From Candidatus Aminicenantales bacterium (GTDB lineage Bacteria > Acidobacteriota > Aminicenantia > Aminicenantales > Saccharicenantaceae): 42,322 bases of DNA. Within the stretch, counting starts at the first letter, position 1. The number at the start of each line of letters is the position of its first letter. The notes beneath the pieces were generated by a model, which had not been told where the DNA came from, ran no database searches, and saw nothing but the letters and a program-made list of their open reading frames with translations. A program made the position numbers and the translations under genes. Where the stretch lies: contig JBGSUG010000073.1 of assembly GCA_041736225.1 (NCBI GenBank), positions 1 through 42,322 of the forward strand, written 5' to 3'. Below, one piece after another: positions 34,054 to 41,299 of this stretch.

Positions 34054-34587
34054 ATGTGCGGAGAACATGAAGGCTTCACGCTGTGGTTCACGGGACTGCC
34101 GTGTTCAGGGAAATCGGCCGTCGGCGACAAGGTCGCCGAGATCCTCAAGGAAAGAGGGCATCACGTCGAGAGGCTCGACGGGGACGTGGTCAGGCAGGAC
34201 CTGACCCGCGACCTGGGCTTCTCCAAGAAGGACAGGGACGAGAACATCCGCCGGGTCACGTTCGTGGCCAAGCTCCTGTCGCGCAACGGCGTCGCCGTCT
34301 TGACCTCGTTCATCTCGCCCTACCGGGAGATGCGCGACCGGGCCCGGAAGGAGACGACCCACTTCGTCGAGGTCTACGCCAAGTGCCCGCTCGAGGTCTG
34401 CATCCAGCGCGACGTCAAGGGCATGTACCAGAAGGCCATCCGCGGCGAGATCAAGGAATTCACGGGTATTTCCGATCCCTACGAGGAGCCGACGAACGCC
34501 GAGATCGTCCTCGAGACGGATAAGGAGACGATCGACGAGAGCGTCGAGAAGGTCTTCCGCCGCCTCGGAGAACTGGGCCTGCTCTGA
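34054..34587 (+). CDS. cysC: Adenylyl-sulfate (APS) kinase
   Basis: The P-loop is WFTGLPCSGKSAV, with LDGDVVRQ, ISPYREMR and the size typical of CysC. Confidence 0.95.
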   Translation: MCGEHEGFTLWFTGLPCSGKSAVGDKVAEILKERGHHVERLDGDVVRQDLTRDLGFSKKDRDENIRRVTFVAKLLSRNGVAVLTSFISPYREMRDRARKETTHFVEVYAKCPLEVCIQRDVKGMYQKAIRGEIKEFTGISDPYEEPTNAEIVLETDKETIDESVEKVFRRLGELGLL

Positions 34588-34600
34588 TGGGGGATCTGAT

Positions 34601-34629
34601 GGGGACATGTACCTTCGGTACGTGTCCCC
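34601..34629 (+). terminator. Palindromic hairpin family copy downstream of cysC, oriented for the plus-strand transcript
   Basis: GGGGACATGTACC-TTC-GGTACGTGTCCCC (one U.G pair in plus-strand RNA) lies 13 nt after the cysC stop. It is followed by CCTCTTTCCCGTCCTCATTTCC, which is pyrimidine-rich but not a clean U-tract. Confidence 0.55.
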
Positions 34630-34655
34630 CCTCTTTCCCGTCCTCATTTCCCGGC

Positions 34656-34683
34656 TTGACCGACTAAACTAAACTAATATAAT
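34656..34683 (+). promoter_or_regulatory. Sigma70-type promoter for the epimerase/dehydrogenase pair
   Basis: TTGACC-16 nt-TATAAT lies 22 nt upstream of the ATG at 34706. The spacer contains (ACTAA)x3. Confidence 0.55.
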
Positions 34684-34705
34684 CAATCCTTTAGGGAAAG
34701 AACCC

Positions 34706-35656
34706 ATGGCGAGATATCTGGTGACCGGCGGGGCGGGCTTCATCGGTTCGCACATCGCCGAGAGCCTCGTCGCGAGAGGGGACGAAGTCCGCGTCCTGGA
34801 CAACCTCTCGACGGGGAAAATGGAGAACCTCGACTCGGTCGCGGACCGCATCGAGTTCGTCGAGGGCGACATCCGCGATCTCGCGACCTGCCGGCGGGCC
34901 GTCGAGGGGGTCGAGACCGTCTTCCACGAGGCCGCTCTGGCCTCGGTCGCGAAGTCGGTCGAGGACCCGCTCCTCAACAACGCCATCAACGTCACCGGGA
35001 CGCTCAACATGCTCGTGGCGGCCCGGGACGCCGGCGTCGGGGGCTTCGTCCTGGCCTCTTCCTCGGCCGTCTACGGCGACGATCCGGCCATGCCCAAGGT
35101 CGAGGGCCGGGAGGGGCGCCCTGTCTCGCCCTACGGCGCGAGCAAGCTCTTCGACGAGAAATACGCCCAGGCCTTCCACGCCCTTTACGGCCTGAAAGCG
35201 GTCGCCCTGCGCTACTTCAACGTCTTCGGGCCGCGCCAGGACCCGCACTCCGAGTATTCCGCGGTCATCCCGCTCTTCATCTCCAGGATCCTCCAGGGCG
35301 AGCGTCCGACGATCTTCGGGGACGGGGAGCAGTCGCGCGATTTCATCTACGTCGGGGACGTCGTCCGGGCCAACCTCGCGGCCGCCGCGTCGGCCGCCGC
35401 GGCGGGGGAGGCCCTCAACGTCGCCAGCGGGACGGGGACCACCGTGAACGGCCTGCTCGACGCCGTCAACGGGGCCCTCGGAACGAAGGTCGAGGCCGTC
35501 CGCACGGCGCCCCGCCCCGGCGACATCCTCCACTCGACGGCCGACATCACCAAGGCCGGGCGGCTCATGGGATTCGCCCCGAGCCTGTCTTTCACGGACG
35601 GTCTGAGACGGACCGCCGACTGGTACAAGAAAAGGAGTTCACAGAATGAACGCTGA
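34706..35656 (+). CDS. NAD-dependent nucleotide-sugar epimerase (SDR family; WbpP/TviC-like UDP-GlcNAc(A) 4-epimerase)
   Basis: The Rossmann motif is VTGGAGFIGSH and the catalytic motif is YGASKL. The substrate assignment rests only on the pairing with the adjacent dehydrogenase. Confidence 0.85.
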   Translation: MARYLVTGGAGFIGSHIAESLVARGDEVRVLDNLSTGKMENLDSVADRIEFVEGDIRDLATCRRAVEGVETVFHEAALASVAKSVEDPLLNNAINVTGTLNMLVAARDAGVGGFVLASSSAVYGDDPAMPKVEGREGRPVSPYGASKLFDEKYAQAFHALYGLKAVALRYFNVFGPRQDPHSEYSAVIPLFISRILQGERPTIFGDGEQSRDFIYVGDVVRANLAAAASAAAAGEALNVASGTGTTVNGLLDAVNGALGTKVEAVRTAPRPGDILHSTADITKAGRLMGFAPSLSFTDGLRRTADWYKKRSSQNER

Positions 35657-36965
35657 AGCGACCAAGCTGCTGAAGAAGATCGAATCCAAGAGCGCCGTCG
35701 TCGGGGTCATCGGCCTGGGCTACGTCGGCCTGCCGCTGGTCAAGACGTTCCTCAAGAAGGGGTTCCGCGTCATGGGCTTCGACATCGACCCCAAGAAGGT
35801 CGACATGCTCAACCGCGGCAAGAGCTACATCCGCCACATCTCGGCGGCCGAGCTCAAGGATTTCCTGGGCCGCAAGATGTTCAAAGCCTCGGCCGATTTC
35901 GGCGGCCTCAAGAAGGTCGATGCCATTCTCATCTGCGTCCCGACGCCGCTCGACGGCCACGGCAGCCCGGACCTGTCCTACGTCCTCAACTCGACGATCA
36001 GCGTCGCCGAGAACGTCCGCAAGGGCCAGCTCGTGGTCCTCGAGAGCACGACCTACCCGGGGACGACCGACGAGGAGATGCGCCCCATCCTCGAAGCGGG
36101 AGGCCTCAAGGCCGGCAAGGACTTCTTCCTGGCCTTCTCGCCCGAACGCGAGGACCCGGGCAACAAGAACTTCTCGACGGCCACGACCCCCAAGGTCGTC
36201 GGCGGACTGACGCCCGACTGCCTGCGCGTGGCCAAGGCCCTCTACGACCAGATCATCGTCAAGACCGTGCCGGTGTCCTCGACCCGGGCGGCCGAGTCGA
36301 CCAAGCTGCTCGAGAACATCTTCCGCTCGGTCAACATCGCCCTGGTCAACGAGCTGAAGATGATCTTCGACCGCATGGACATCGACGTCTGGGAGGTCAT
36401 CCGGGCCGCCTCGTCCAAGCCCTTCGGCTTCATGCCCTTCTATCCCGGGCCGGGGCTCGGCGGGCACTGCATTCCGATCGACCCCTTCTACCTGACCTGG
36501 AAGGCCAAGGAGGTCGACTACCAGACGAAGTTCATCGAGCTCGCCGGCGAGATCAACACCTTCATGCCCTATTACGTCCGAGAGAAGACGGTCGAGGCCC
36601 TGAACGACCGGGGCAAGTCGGTCAAGAACGCCAGGGTGCTCGTGCTCGGGCTGGCCTACAAGAAGGACATCGACGATTCGCGCGAGTCGCCCTCCCTCAA
36701 GATCATCACGCTCTTCCAGGCGAAGGGTGCCAAGGTCTCCTACAACGACCCGTACGTGCCCCACGTCGTCGGCCACCGCGAATACCCCGGCCTCGAGCTC
36801 AAGTCGGTCCCGCTGACGAAGGCCCTGCTGAAAAAGACGGACGCCGTCATAATCGCCACGGACCACACCGTCTACGATTACGACATGATCGTCAAGAACG
36901 CGCCGCTCGTCGTCGATACGCGGAACGCCGTCAAGAGGCACAGGAAGAACGTCGTTAAAGCCTAA
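35646..36965 (+). CDS. Nucleotide-sugar dehydrogenase (UDP-N-acetyl-hexosamine dehydrogenase type, WbpO/TviB/WecC-like)
   Basis: The N-terminal NAD fold is VGVIGLGYVGLPL and the catalytic Cys block is GPGLGGHCIPIDP. AAGGAG lies 8 nt upstream of the ATG. The gene overlaps the epimerase by 11 nt. Confidence 0.88.
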   Translation: MNAEATKLLKKIESKSAVVGVIGLGYVGLPLVKTFLKKGFRVMGFDIDPKKVDMLNRGKSYIRHISAAELKDFLGRKMFKASADFGGLKKVDAILICVPTPLDGHGSPDLSYVLNSTISVAENVRKGQLVVLESTTYPGTTDEEMRPILEAGGLKAGKDFFLAFSPEREDPGNKNFSTATTPKVVGGLTPDCLRVAKALYDQIIVKTVPVSSTRAAESTKLLENIFRSVNIALVNELKMIFDRMDIDVWEVIRAASSKPFGFMPFYPGPGLGGHCIPIDPFYLTWKAKEVDYQTKFIELAGEINTFMPYYVREKTVEALNDRGKSVKNARVLVLGLAYKKDIDDSRESPSLKIITLFQAKGAKVSYNDPYVPHVVGHREYPGLELKSVPLTKALLKKTDAVIIATDHTVYDYDMIVKNAPLVVDTRNAVKRHRKNVVKA

Positions 36966-36975
36966 AAGGTCGCCC

Positions 36976-37285
36976 AAGAAGGGACCTGGTCTTCACAACC
37001 ATCCGTTTTCCCCTGGTGGTGTGAAGACCTGGTCCCTCCGTTCTTTGGTCCTGTCCCGGGGCGTCCCTGCCCGGCTTGGCTCTACTCATCCCCCAGAGGG
37101 ACCCCTTTCGCCTCGGGCGGGCAGGGACTGGTCCCATGCCACCCATCGGCTTCAATCGTCGCGTCCGGAAAACGAGGTGCGTTTAATAAAATATTGATCT
37201 AAAGAAGAGACCAGGTCTCAAGACGGGACCAGGTCTTCACAGCTTCAGGGAGAAACCGGCATTTGTGAAGACCAGGTCCCTTCTT
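36976..37285. repeat. 310-bp non-coding element bounded by 61-nt inverted modules, each an internal hairpin (MITE-like or structured RNA locus)
   Basis: AAGAAGGGACCTGGTCTTCACA (36976-36997) is the perfect reverse complement of 37264-37285. TGTGAAGACCTGGTCCC (37020-37036) is the perfect reverse complement of 37225-37241. The two 22-nt loops are related (about 12 of 22 positions match when module B is inverted). A partial fifth copy lies at 37202-37220. Confidence 0.7.
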
Positions 37286-37288
37286 TTT

Positions 37289-38281
37289 TTAACAAATACG
37301 GGGGAGGAGCTCGGAGGTCAGGGGCTCGAGGAGGCGCAATCCGCCGGCGGCCGTCCGCAGCAGCAGCTCGCCCGGCCGGCCCACGCCGTCCTGGAACTCG
37401 CCGATGATAGCGGCTTTGCGGCCGAGCGGATGGCGGCGCATCAGGCGGACGAACTCGTCGGCCCGCTTCGCCGGGGCGACGACGACCGCTTTCCCCTCGC
37501 AGGCCATGTAGAGGGGATCGATCCCGAGCAGCTCTCCCGCCGCCCGGACGGGTCTCGATAGAGGTATGCTATCTTCTTCTATGAGAAGGGGATAGGGGAG
37601 ATGTTCGGCCAGCTCGAAGAGCACGGTCGCGAGGCCGCCCCGGGTGACGTCGCGCATCCAACGTGCGCCGCGCTTCCAGAGCGGCAGCAGGAAGAGAAGC
37701 GGCGCGCAATCGCTCCGCACGGCCGATTTCAGGCCGAAGTCGCCGCGGGCGAGTATCACCGCCAGGCTGTGGTCGCCGAGCGTCCCGGTCACGACGATCT
37801 TGTCCCCACGGCGGATGCCGCCGATCCGGGGCCGCGCGACCGACCGGCCGACCCCGGCCGTGTTGATGAAGACCTTGTCCCCCTGCCCGCGGCGGACGAC
37901 CTTGGTGTCGCCGGTCACGATCCGAACGCGCGCCGCGCGGGCCGCCTTGCGGATCGAACCGATGACCCGGTCGAGAACGGCCGTCTCGAGCCCCTCCTCG
38001 ATGATCAGGGCCAGGGACAGGAACCGCGGCTCGGCCCCCGACACGACCAGGTCGTTGACCGTCCCGTTGACGGCCAGCCGGCCGATGTCGCCGCCGGGGA
38101 AGAAGAGGGGATCGACGACGTAGCTGTCGGTCGTGAACGCGATGCCCTCCGGCAGGTGGACGGCGTCGGTAAGCTCTCCGAGAAGGGGATCGCGGAACGC
38201 GGGCACGATCTTCTCCGCGATGAACTGGCGCATCAGGCGGCCGCCGCCGCCGAGGTCCAGGCTGATCCTTTTCTCGCTCAC
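37289..38281 (-). CDS. hypE: [NiFe]-hydrogenase maturation protein HypE (carbamoyl dehydratase)
   Basis: It has the C-terminal PRIC motif and an AIR-synthase-like fold (LDLGGGG..., VTGDTKVV). The GTG start overlaps the hypD stop (GTGA). Confidence 0.9.
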   Translation of the reverse strand: MSEKRISLDLGGGGRLMRQFIAEKIVPAFRDPLLGELTDAVHLPEGIAFTTDSYVVDPLFFPGGDIGRLAVNGTVNDLVVSGAEPRFLSLALIIEEGLETAVLDRVIGSIRKAARAARVRIVTGDTKVVRRGQGDKVFINTAGVGRSVARPRIGGIRRGDKIVVTGTLGDHSLAVILARGDFGLKSAVRSDCAPLLFLLPLWKRGARWMRDVTRGGLATVLFELAEHLPYPLLIEEDSIPLSRPVRAAGELLGIDPLYMACEGKAVVVAPAKRADEFVRLMRRHPLGRKAAIIGEFQDGVGRPGELLLRTAAGGLRLLEPLTSELLPRIC

Positions 38282-39390
38282 GATGCCGACCTCCCCGGGC
38301 TGCCGTACTTGAAGTGGATGAGGCAGATCCCTTCGAAGGACACCATGCAGGGCCCGAGAGGCGAGTCGGGCCGGCACTTCTTGCCGAAGAGCCGGCAGCC
38401 CTCGGGCCGGATAATGCCGCGGAGGACGTCGCCGCACCGGCAACCCGGCAGATCGCGTCCGGGGTCGGCGGTCCCGAGCCCGAGCCGCGCCCCGGCGTCG
38501 AACGGAGCGTAGGCTTTCCGGAAGCGGAGGCCGCTGACCGGGATCTTCCCGAGCCCCCGCCAGACGGCGTCGAAGGGCTCGAAGACCTCGTCCATGAGCG
38601 CACGCGCCACGGGATTGCCGTCGTAGGCGATGGCCCGCGAATATTCGTTGGCCACGCGGGGCTTGCCCTCGACGGCCTGCTCGAGGACCGACCGGACGGC
38701 GAGCAGGATGTCCCCCGGCTCGAACCCGGCGATGGCCCCGGGGATGCCGTGGCCCCGGGCCACGAACTCGTAGGGACCGGCGCCGATGACGGCGCTGACG
38801 TGCCCCGGGTAGATGAAGCCGTCGACCGCGGTCTCTCCCGCGTCCAGGACCGCCCGCAGGGCCGGCGGCACGAGCCAGAGGGCCGGAAGGACGGAGAAAT
38901 TATGCAGCCCCTCCGCCGCGGCGCGCTTGGCCGTGTAGGCGATCGACGGGATCGTCGTCTCGAATCCGGCCCCGAAAAAGACGACCTCTCGACCCGGGTC
39001 GCGGCGGGCCTCGTCCAGGGCCTCTTCGGGGGAATAGACGATGCGCAGGCGCGAGTTCCGGGCCGGGACGGCCGTCTGCAGGGATCCGGTGCGGGTCGGC
39101 ACGCGGGTCATGTCGCCGAAGGTGGCCAGAATCAGACCCTCTTTCTCCGTGACCGCGGCGATGGCGGCCTCATGGATGCCGTTCGGCGTGATGCAGACGG
39201 GGCAGCCGGGGCCCGAGACCATTTCGACCCCGACCTCGGCGAGCAGGGGAGTGAGGCCGTTCTTGAAGAGGGCCATCGTATGGGTGCCGCAGACCTCCAT
39301 GAGGCGTGGCCTACGGCCGAGGGACCGGGCTTTCTCCCCGATGTCCCCGAGGAGCCGGCGCAGTGCGGCGGGGTTCCTGAGCTCCTTCAT
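38278..39390 (-). CDS. hypD: [NiFe]-hydrogenase maturation protein HypD
   Basis: The motifs are MEVCGTHT, GPGCPVCITP and FEPxD..., with a C-terminal Cys cluster (CRCGDV...GPCMVSFEGIC). The start was trimmed to MKELRNP; it forms an ATGA overlap with the hypC stop. Confidence 0.92.
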   Translation of the reverse strand: MKELRNPAALRRLLGDIGEKARSLGRRPRLMEVCGTHTMALFKNGLTPLLAEVGVEMVSGPGCPVCITPNGIHEAAIAAVTEKEGLILATFGDMTRVPTRTGSLQTAVPARNSRLRIVYSPEEALDEARRDPGREVVFFGAGFETTIPSIAYTAKRAAAEGLHNFSVLPALWLVPPALRAVLDAGETAVDGFIYPGHVSAVIGAGPYEFVARGHGIPGAIAGFEPGDILLAVRSVLEQAVEGKPRVANEYSRAIAYDGNPVARALMDEVFEPFDAVWRGLGKIPVSGLRFRKAYAPFDAGARLGLGTADPGRDLPGCRCGDVLRGIIRPEGCRLFGKKCRPDSPLGPCMVSFEGICLIHFKYGSPGRSAS

Positions 39391-39614
39391 CGGTCGGACG
39401 CGTCGGCCATTTCCTTGAAGAGGCGGAGCGTCTCGCGGGCCTCCTCTTCGTCCATGACCGAGATGGCGAACCCGGCGTGGATGATGACCCAGTCGCCGCG
39501 CTTGGCCTGGGGGACGAGGCTGAAATTGGCGCGGACCTCGCTGCCCATGTACGCGGCCGTGCCGTGGCCCGTTTCGTCGAGCCGGGTGATCTTGGCGGGA
39601 ACGGCCAGGCACAT
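39387..39614 (-). CDS. hypC: [NiFe]-hydrogenase maturation chaperone HypC
   Basis: It has the MCLAVPAKI N-terminus with the essential Cys2 and is 75 aa long. Confidence 0.9.
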   Translation of the reverse strand: MCLAVPAKITRLDETGHGTAAYMGSEVRANFSLVPQAKRGDWVIIHAGFAISVMDEEEARETLRLFKEMADASDR

Positions 39615-39670
39615 CGTCGTTTCTCTCCGGCCACCCACTTTACCAGATTCATCCGGTCCGGTCCACCTTA

Positions 39671-39679
39671 TGCTATAAT
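39671..39679 (+). promoter_or_regulatory. Extended -10 promoter (TGcTATAAT) immediately upstream of uppS
   Basis: TGCTATAAT ends 9 nt before the uppS ATG at 39689. This implies a leaderless or near-leaderless mRNA. Confidence 0.4.
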
Positions 39680-39688
39680 GGGGGGCCG

Positions 39689-40483
39689 ATGGAGTCCTAT
39701 CTCGAGGAATATTTCCCGCCGGGGACGGAGGAACACCGGCTCCTCCTCCAGATCGATCTCGCCCGCCTGCCCCGCCACATAGCCGTGATCATGGACGGCA
39801 ACGGGCGCTGGGCCCAACAGAGGGGGCTCACCCGCATCCAGGGGCACGACGCCGGCTCGGCCTCGGTCCGTGAGGTCGTCGAGGCCTCGGCCCGGCTTGG
39901 CCTCGGCTTCCTGACCCTCTACGCATTCTCGAGCGAGAACTGGAAACGGCCGCGCCGGGAGGTCGGAGGCCTCTGGCGCCTCCTCCGGGAGTACCTGGGC
40001 AAGGAAGACAGCCTTCTCGTCAAGAACGACCTCCGGCTCCGGGTCATCGGCCGGAAGCAGGGCATCCCCGGGCCTGTGCTCAGGGAGCTCGAGCGGGTCG
40101 AAGCCCTGACCCGGGACAACAAGCGGATGACGCTCATCGTCGCCCTCAACTACGGCGGCCGCGGCGAGATCGTGGACGCGGCCCGGCGGATCATGGAAGA
40201 GGGGAAAGTCCCGGCCTCCCGCCTCGACGAGGAAACCTTCGCCGCCTACCTCTCGACCGGGGACATCCCCGACCCGGACCTCCTCGTCCGGACGAGCGGC
40301 GAACTCAGGATATCGAACTTCCTGCTCTGGCAGATCGCCTACGCCGAGATCTTCGTCACCCCGGTCCTGTGGCCGGATTTCCGGCGCCGCCACCTGCTCG
40401 AGGCCGTCATCGAGTATCAAAAGCGGGAACGCCGGTTCGGCGACGTCCGGCCGGCCGGGAAGAAACCCCGGGGGAGGAGATGA
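39689..40483 (+). CDS. uppS: Isoprenyl transferase (undecaprenyl-diphosphate synthase)
   Basis: The motifs are HIAVIMDGNGRWA, FSSENWKRP, RTSGELRISNFLLWQ and YAE. Confidence 0.95.
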   Translation: MESYLEEYFPPGTEEHRLLLQIDLARLPRHIAVIMDGNGRWAQQRGLTRIQGHDAGSASVREVVEASARLGLGFLTLYAFSSENWKRPRREVGGLWRLLREYLGKEDSLLVKNDLRLRVIGRKQGIPGPVLRELERVEALTRDNKRMTLIVALNYGGRGEIVDAARRIMEEGKVPASRLDEETFAAYLSTGDIPDPDLLVRTSGELRISNFLLWQIAYAEIFVTPVLWPDFRRRHLLEAVIEYQKRERRFGDVRPAGKKPRGRR

Positions 40484-40489
40484 TCTGAC

Positions 40490-41296
40490 ATGGATCTGAT
40501 CAAGCGCACGGCCACGGCCGCCGTCCTCCTCGGCATCCTGTTCGTCATCGTCCAGTACGCCCCCCGGGCCGTCTTCTTCCTGTTCGGTCAGGTCTTCATC
40601 GTCGCCGCCCTGCTCGAATTCTACAGCCTGAACGCCAAGAAGGACCTGGCGCCCCGAAAGGCCCTGGGAGCGGTCCTGGCACTCGTCGTCGGCGCCTCTT
40701 TCTTCTTCCGTGCCGTCCCTCTCAAGGCCGCCCTCTTCGCCTGCCTCCTCGTCGCGGGCGTCTATTTCGTCGCGGCGACCGGCACGGCCGCGAAGCTCGA
40801 CCGGTTCCCGGCCGCGTTCGCCGTCACCCTGGTCGGGGTCTTCTACATCGTCTTTCCCCTGAACTTTCTCTACAGGATCCGCCTGGAGATGGGCCCGCTG
40901 CCTCTCTATTTCCTCTTCGCCGTCATCTTCCTCGGCGACACGGGCGCCTTCTTCATCGGCAAGCCCTTCGGACGCCACAAGATGACGCCGATCGCCAGCC
41001 CGAACAAGTCCTGGGAGGGGAGCGCAGGGGGGATCCTTTTCGCCCTGGCCGCGGCCGCCCTGTCCCGCTGGCTTTTCCTGCCCGATGTGCCGCTCGTGAC
41101 GGCCCTCCTGACCGCCGTCGTCGTCCACGCCGCCGCCCAGGTCAGCGATCCGCTGGAGTCCCTTTTCAAGCGTGCCGTCGGGGTCAAGGATTCCTCCAAC
41201 GCCCTGCCCGGCCACGGCGGCTTCTTCGACCGCATCGACAGCCTCATCCTGGCCGGCCCCCTTTTCTATTTCATCGTCTCCTACCTCTGGAAATAG
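40490..41296 (+). CDS. cdsA: Phosphatidate cytidylyltransferase
   Basis: The CTP-transferase signature is SLFKRAVGVKDSSNALPGHGGFFDRIDS, in a polytopic membrane protein. Confidence 0.93.
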   Translation: MDLIKRTATAAVLLGILFVIVQYAPRAVFFLFGQVFIVAALLEFYSLNAKKDLAPRKALGAVLALVVGASFFFRAVPLKAALFACLLVAGVYFVAATGTAAKLDRFPAAFAVTLVGVFYIVFPLNFLYRIRLEMGPLPLYFLFAVIFLGDTGAFFIGKPFGRHKMTPIASPNKSWEGSAGGILFALAAAALSRWLFLPDVPLVTALLTAVVVHAAAQVSDPLESLFKRAVGVKDSSNALPGHGGFFDRIDSLILAGPLFYFIVSYLWK

Positions 41297-41299
41297 GCT

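Noticed and set aside
34601-34629. A possible cUUCGg tetraloop in the cysC-proximal hairpin (ACCTTCGGT).
   Set aside because: Forcing a UUCG tetraloop shifts the register and destroys the 13-bp stem. The symmetric pairing gives a 3-nt loop instead.
36955-37155. A 66-aa ORF inside the inverted-repeat element.
   Set aside because: It starts inside the dehydrogenase gene, crosses repeat modules, is basic and low in complexity, and has no ribosome-binding site. The region is better explained as non-coding repeat or RNA.
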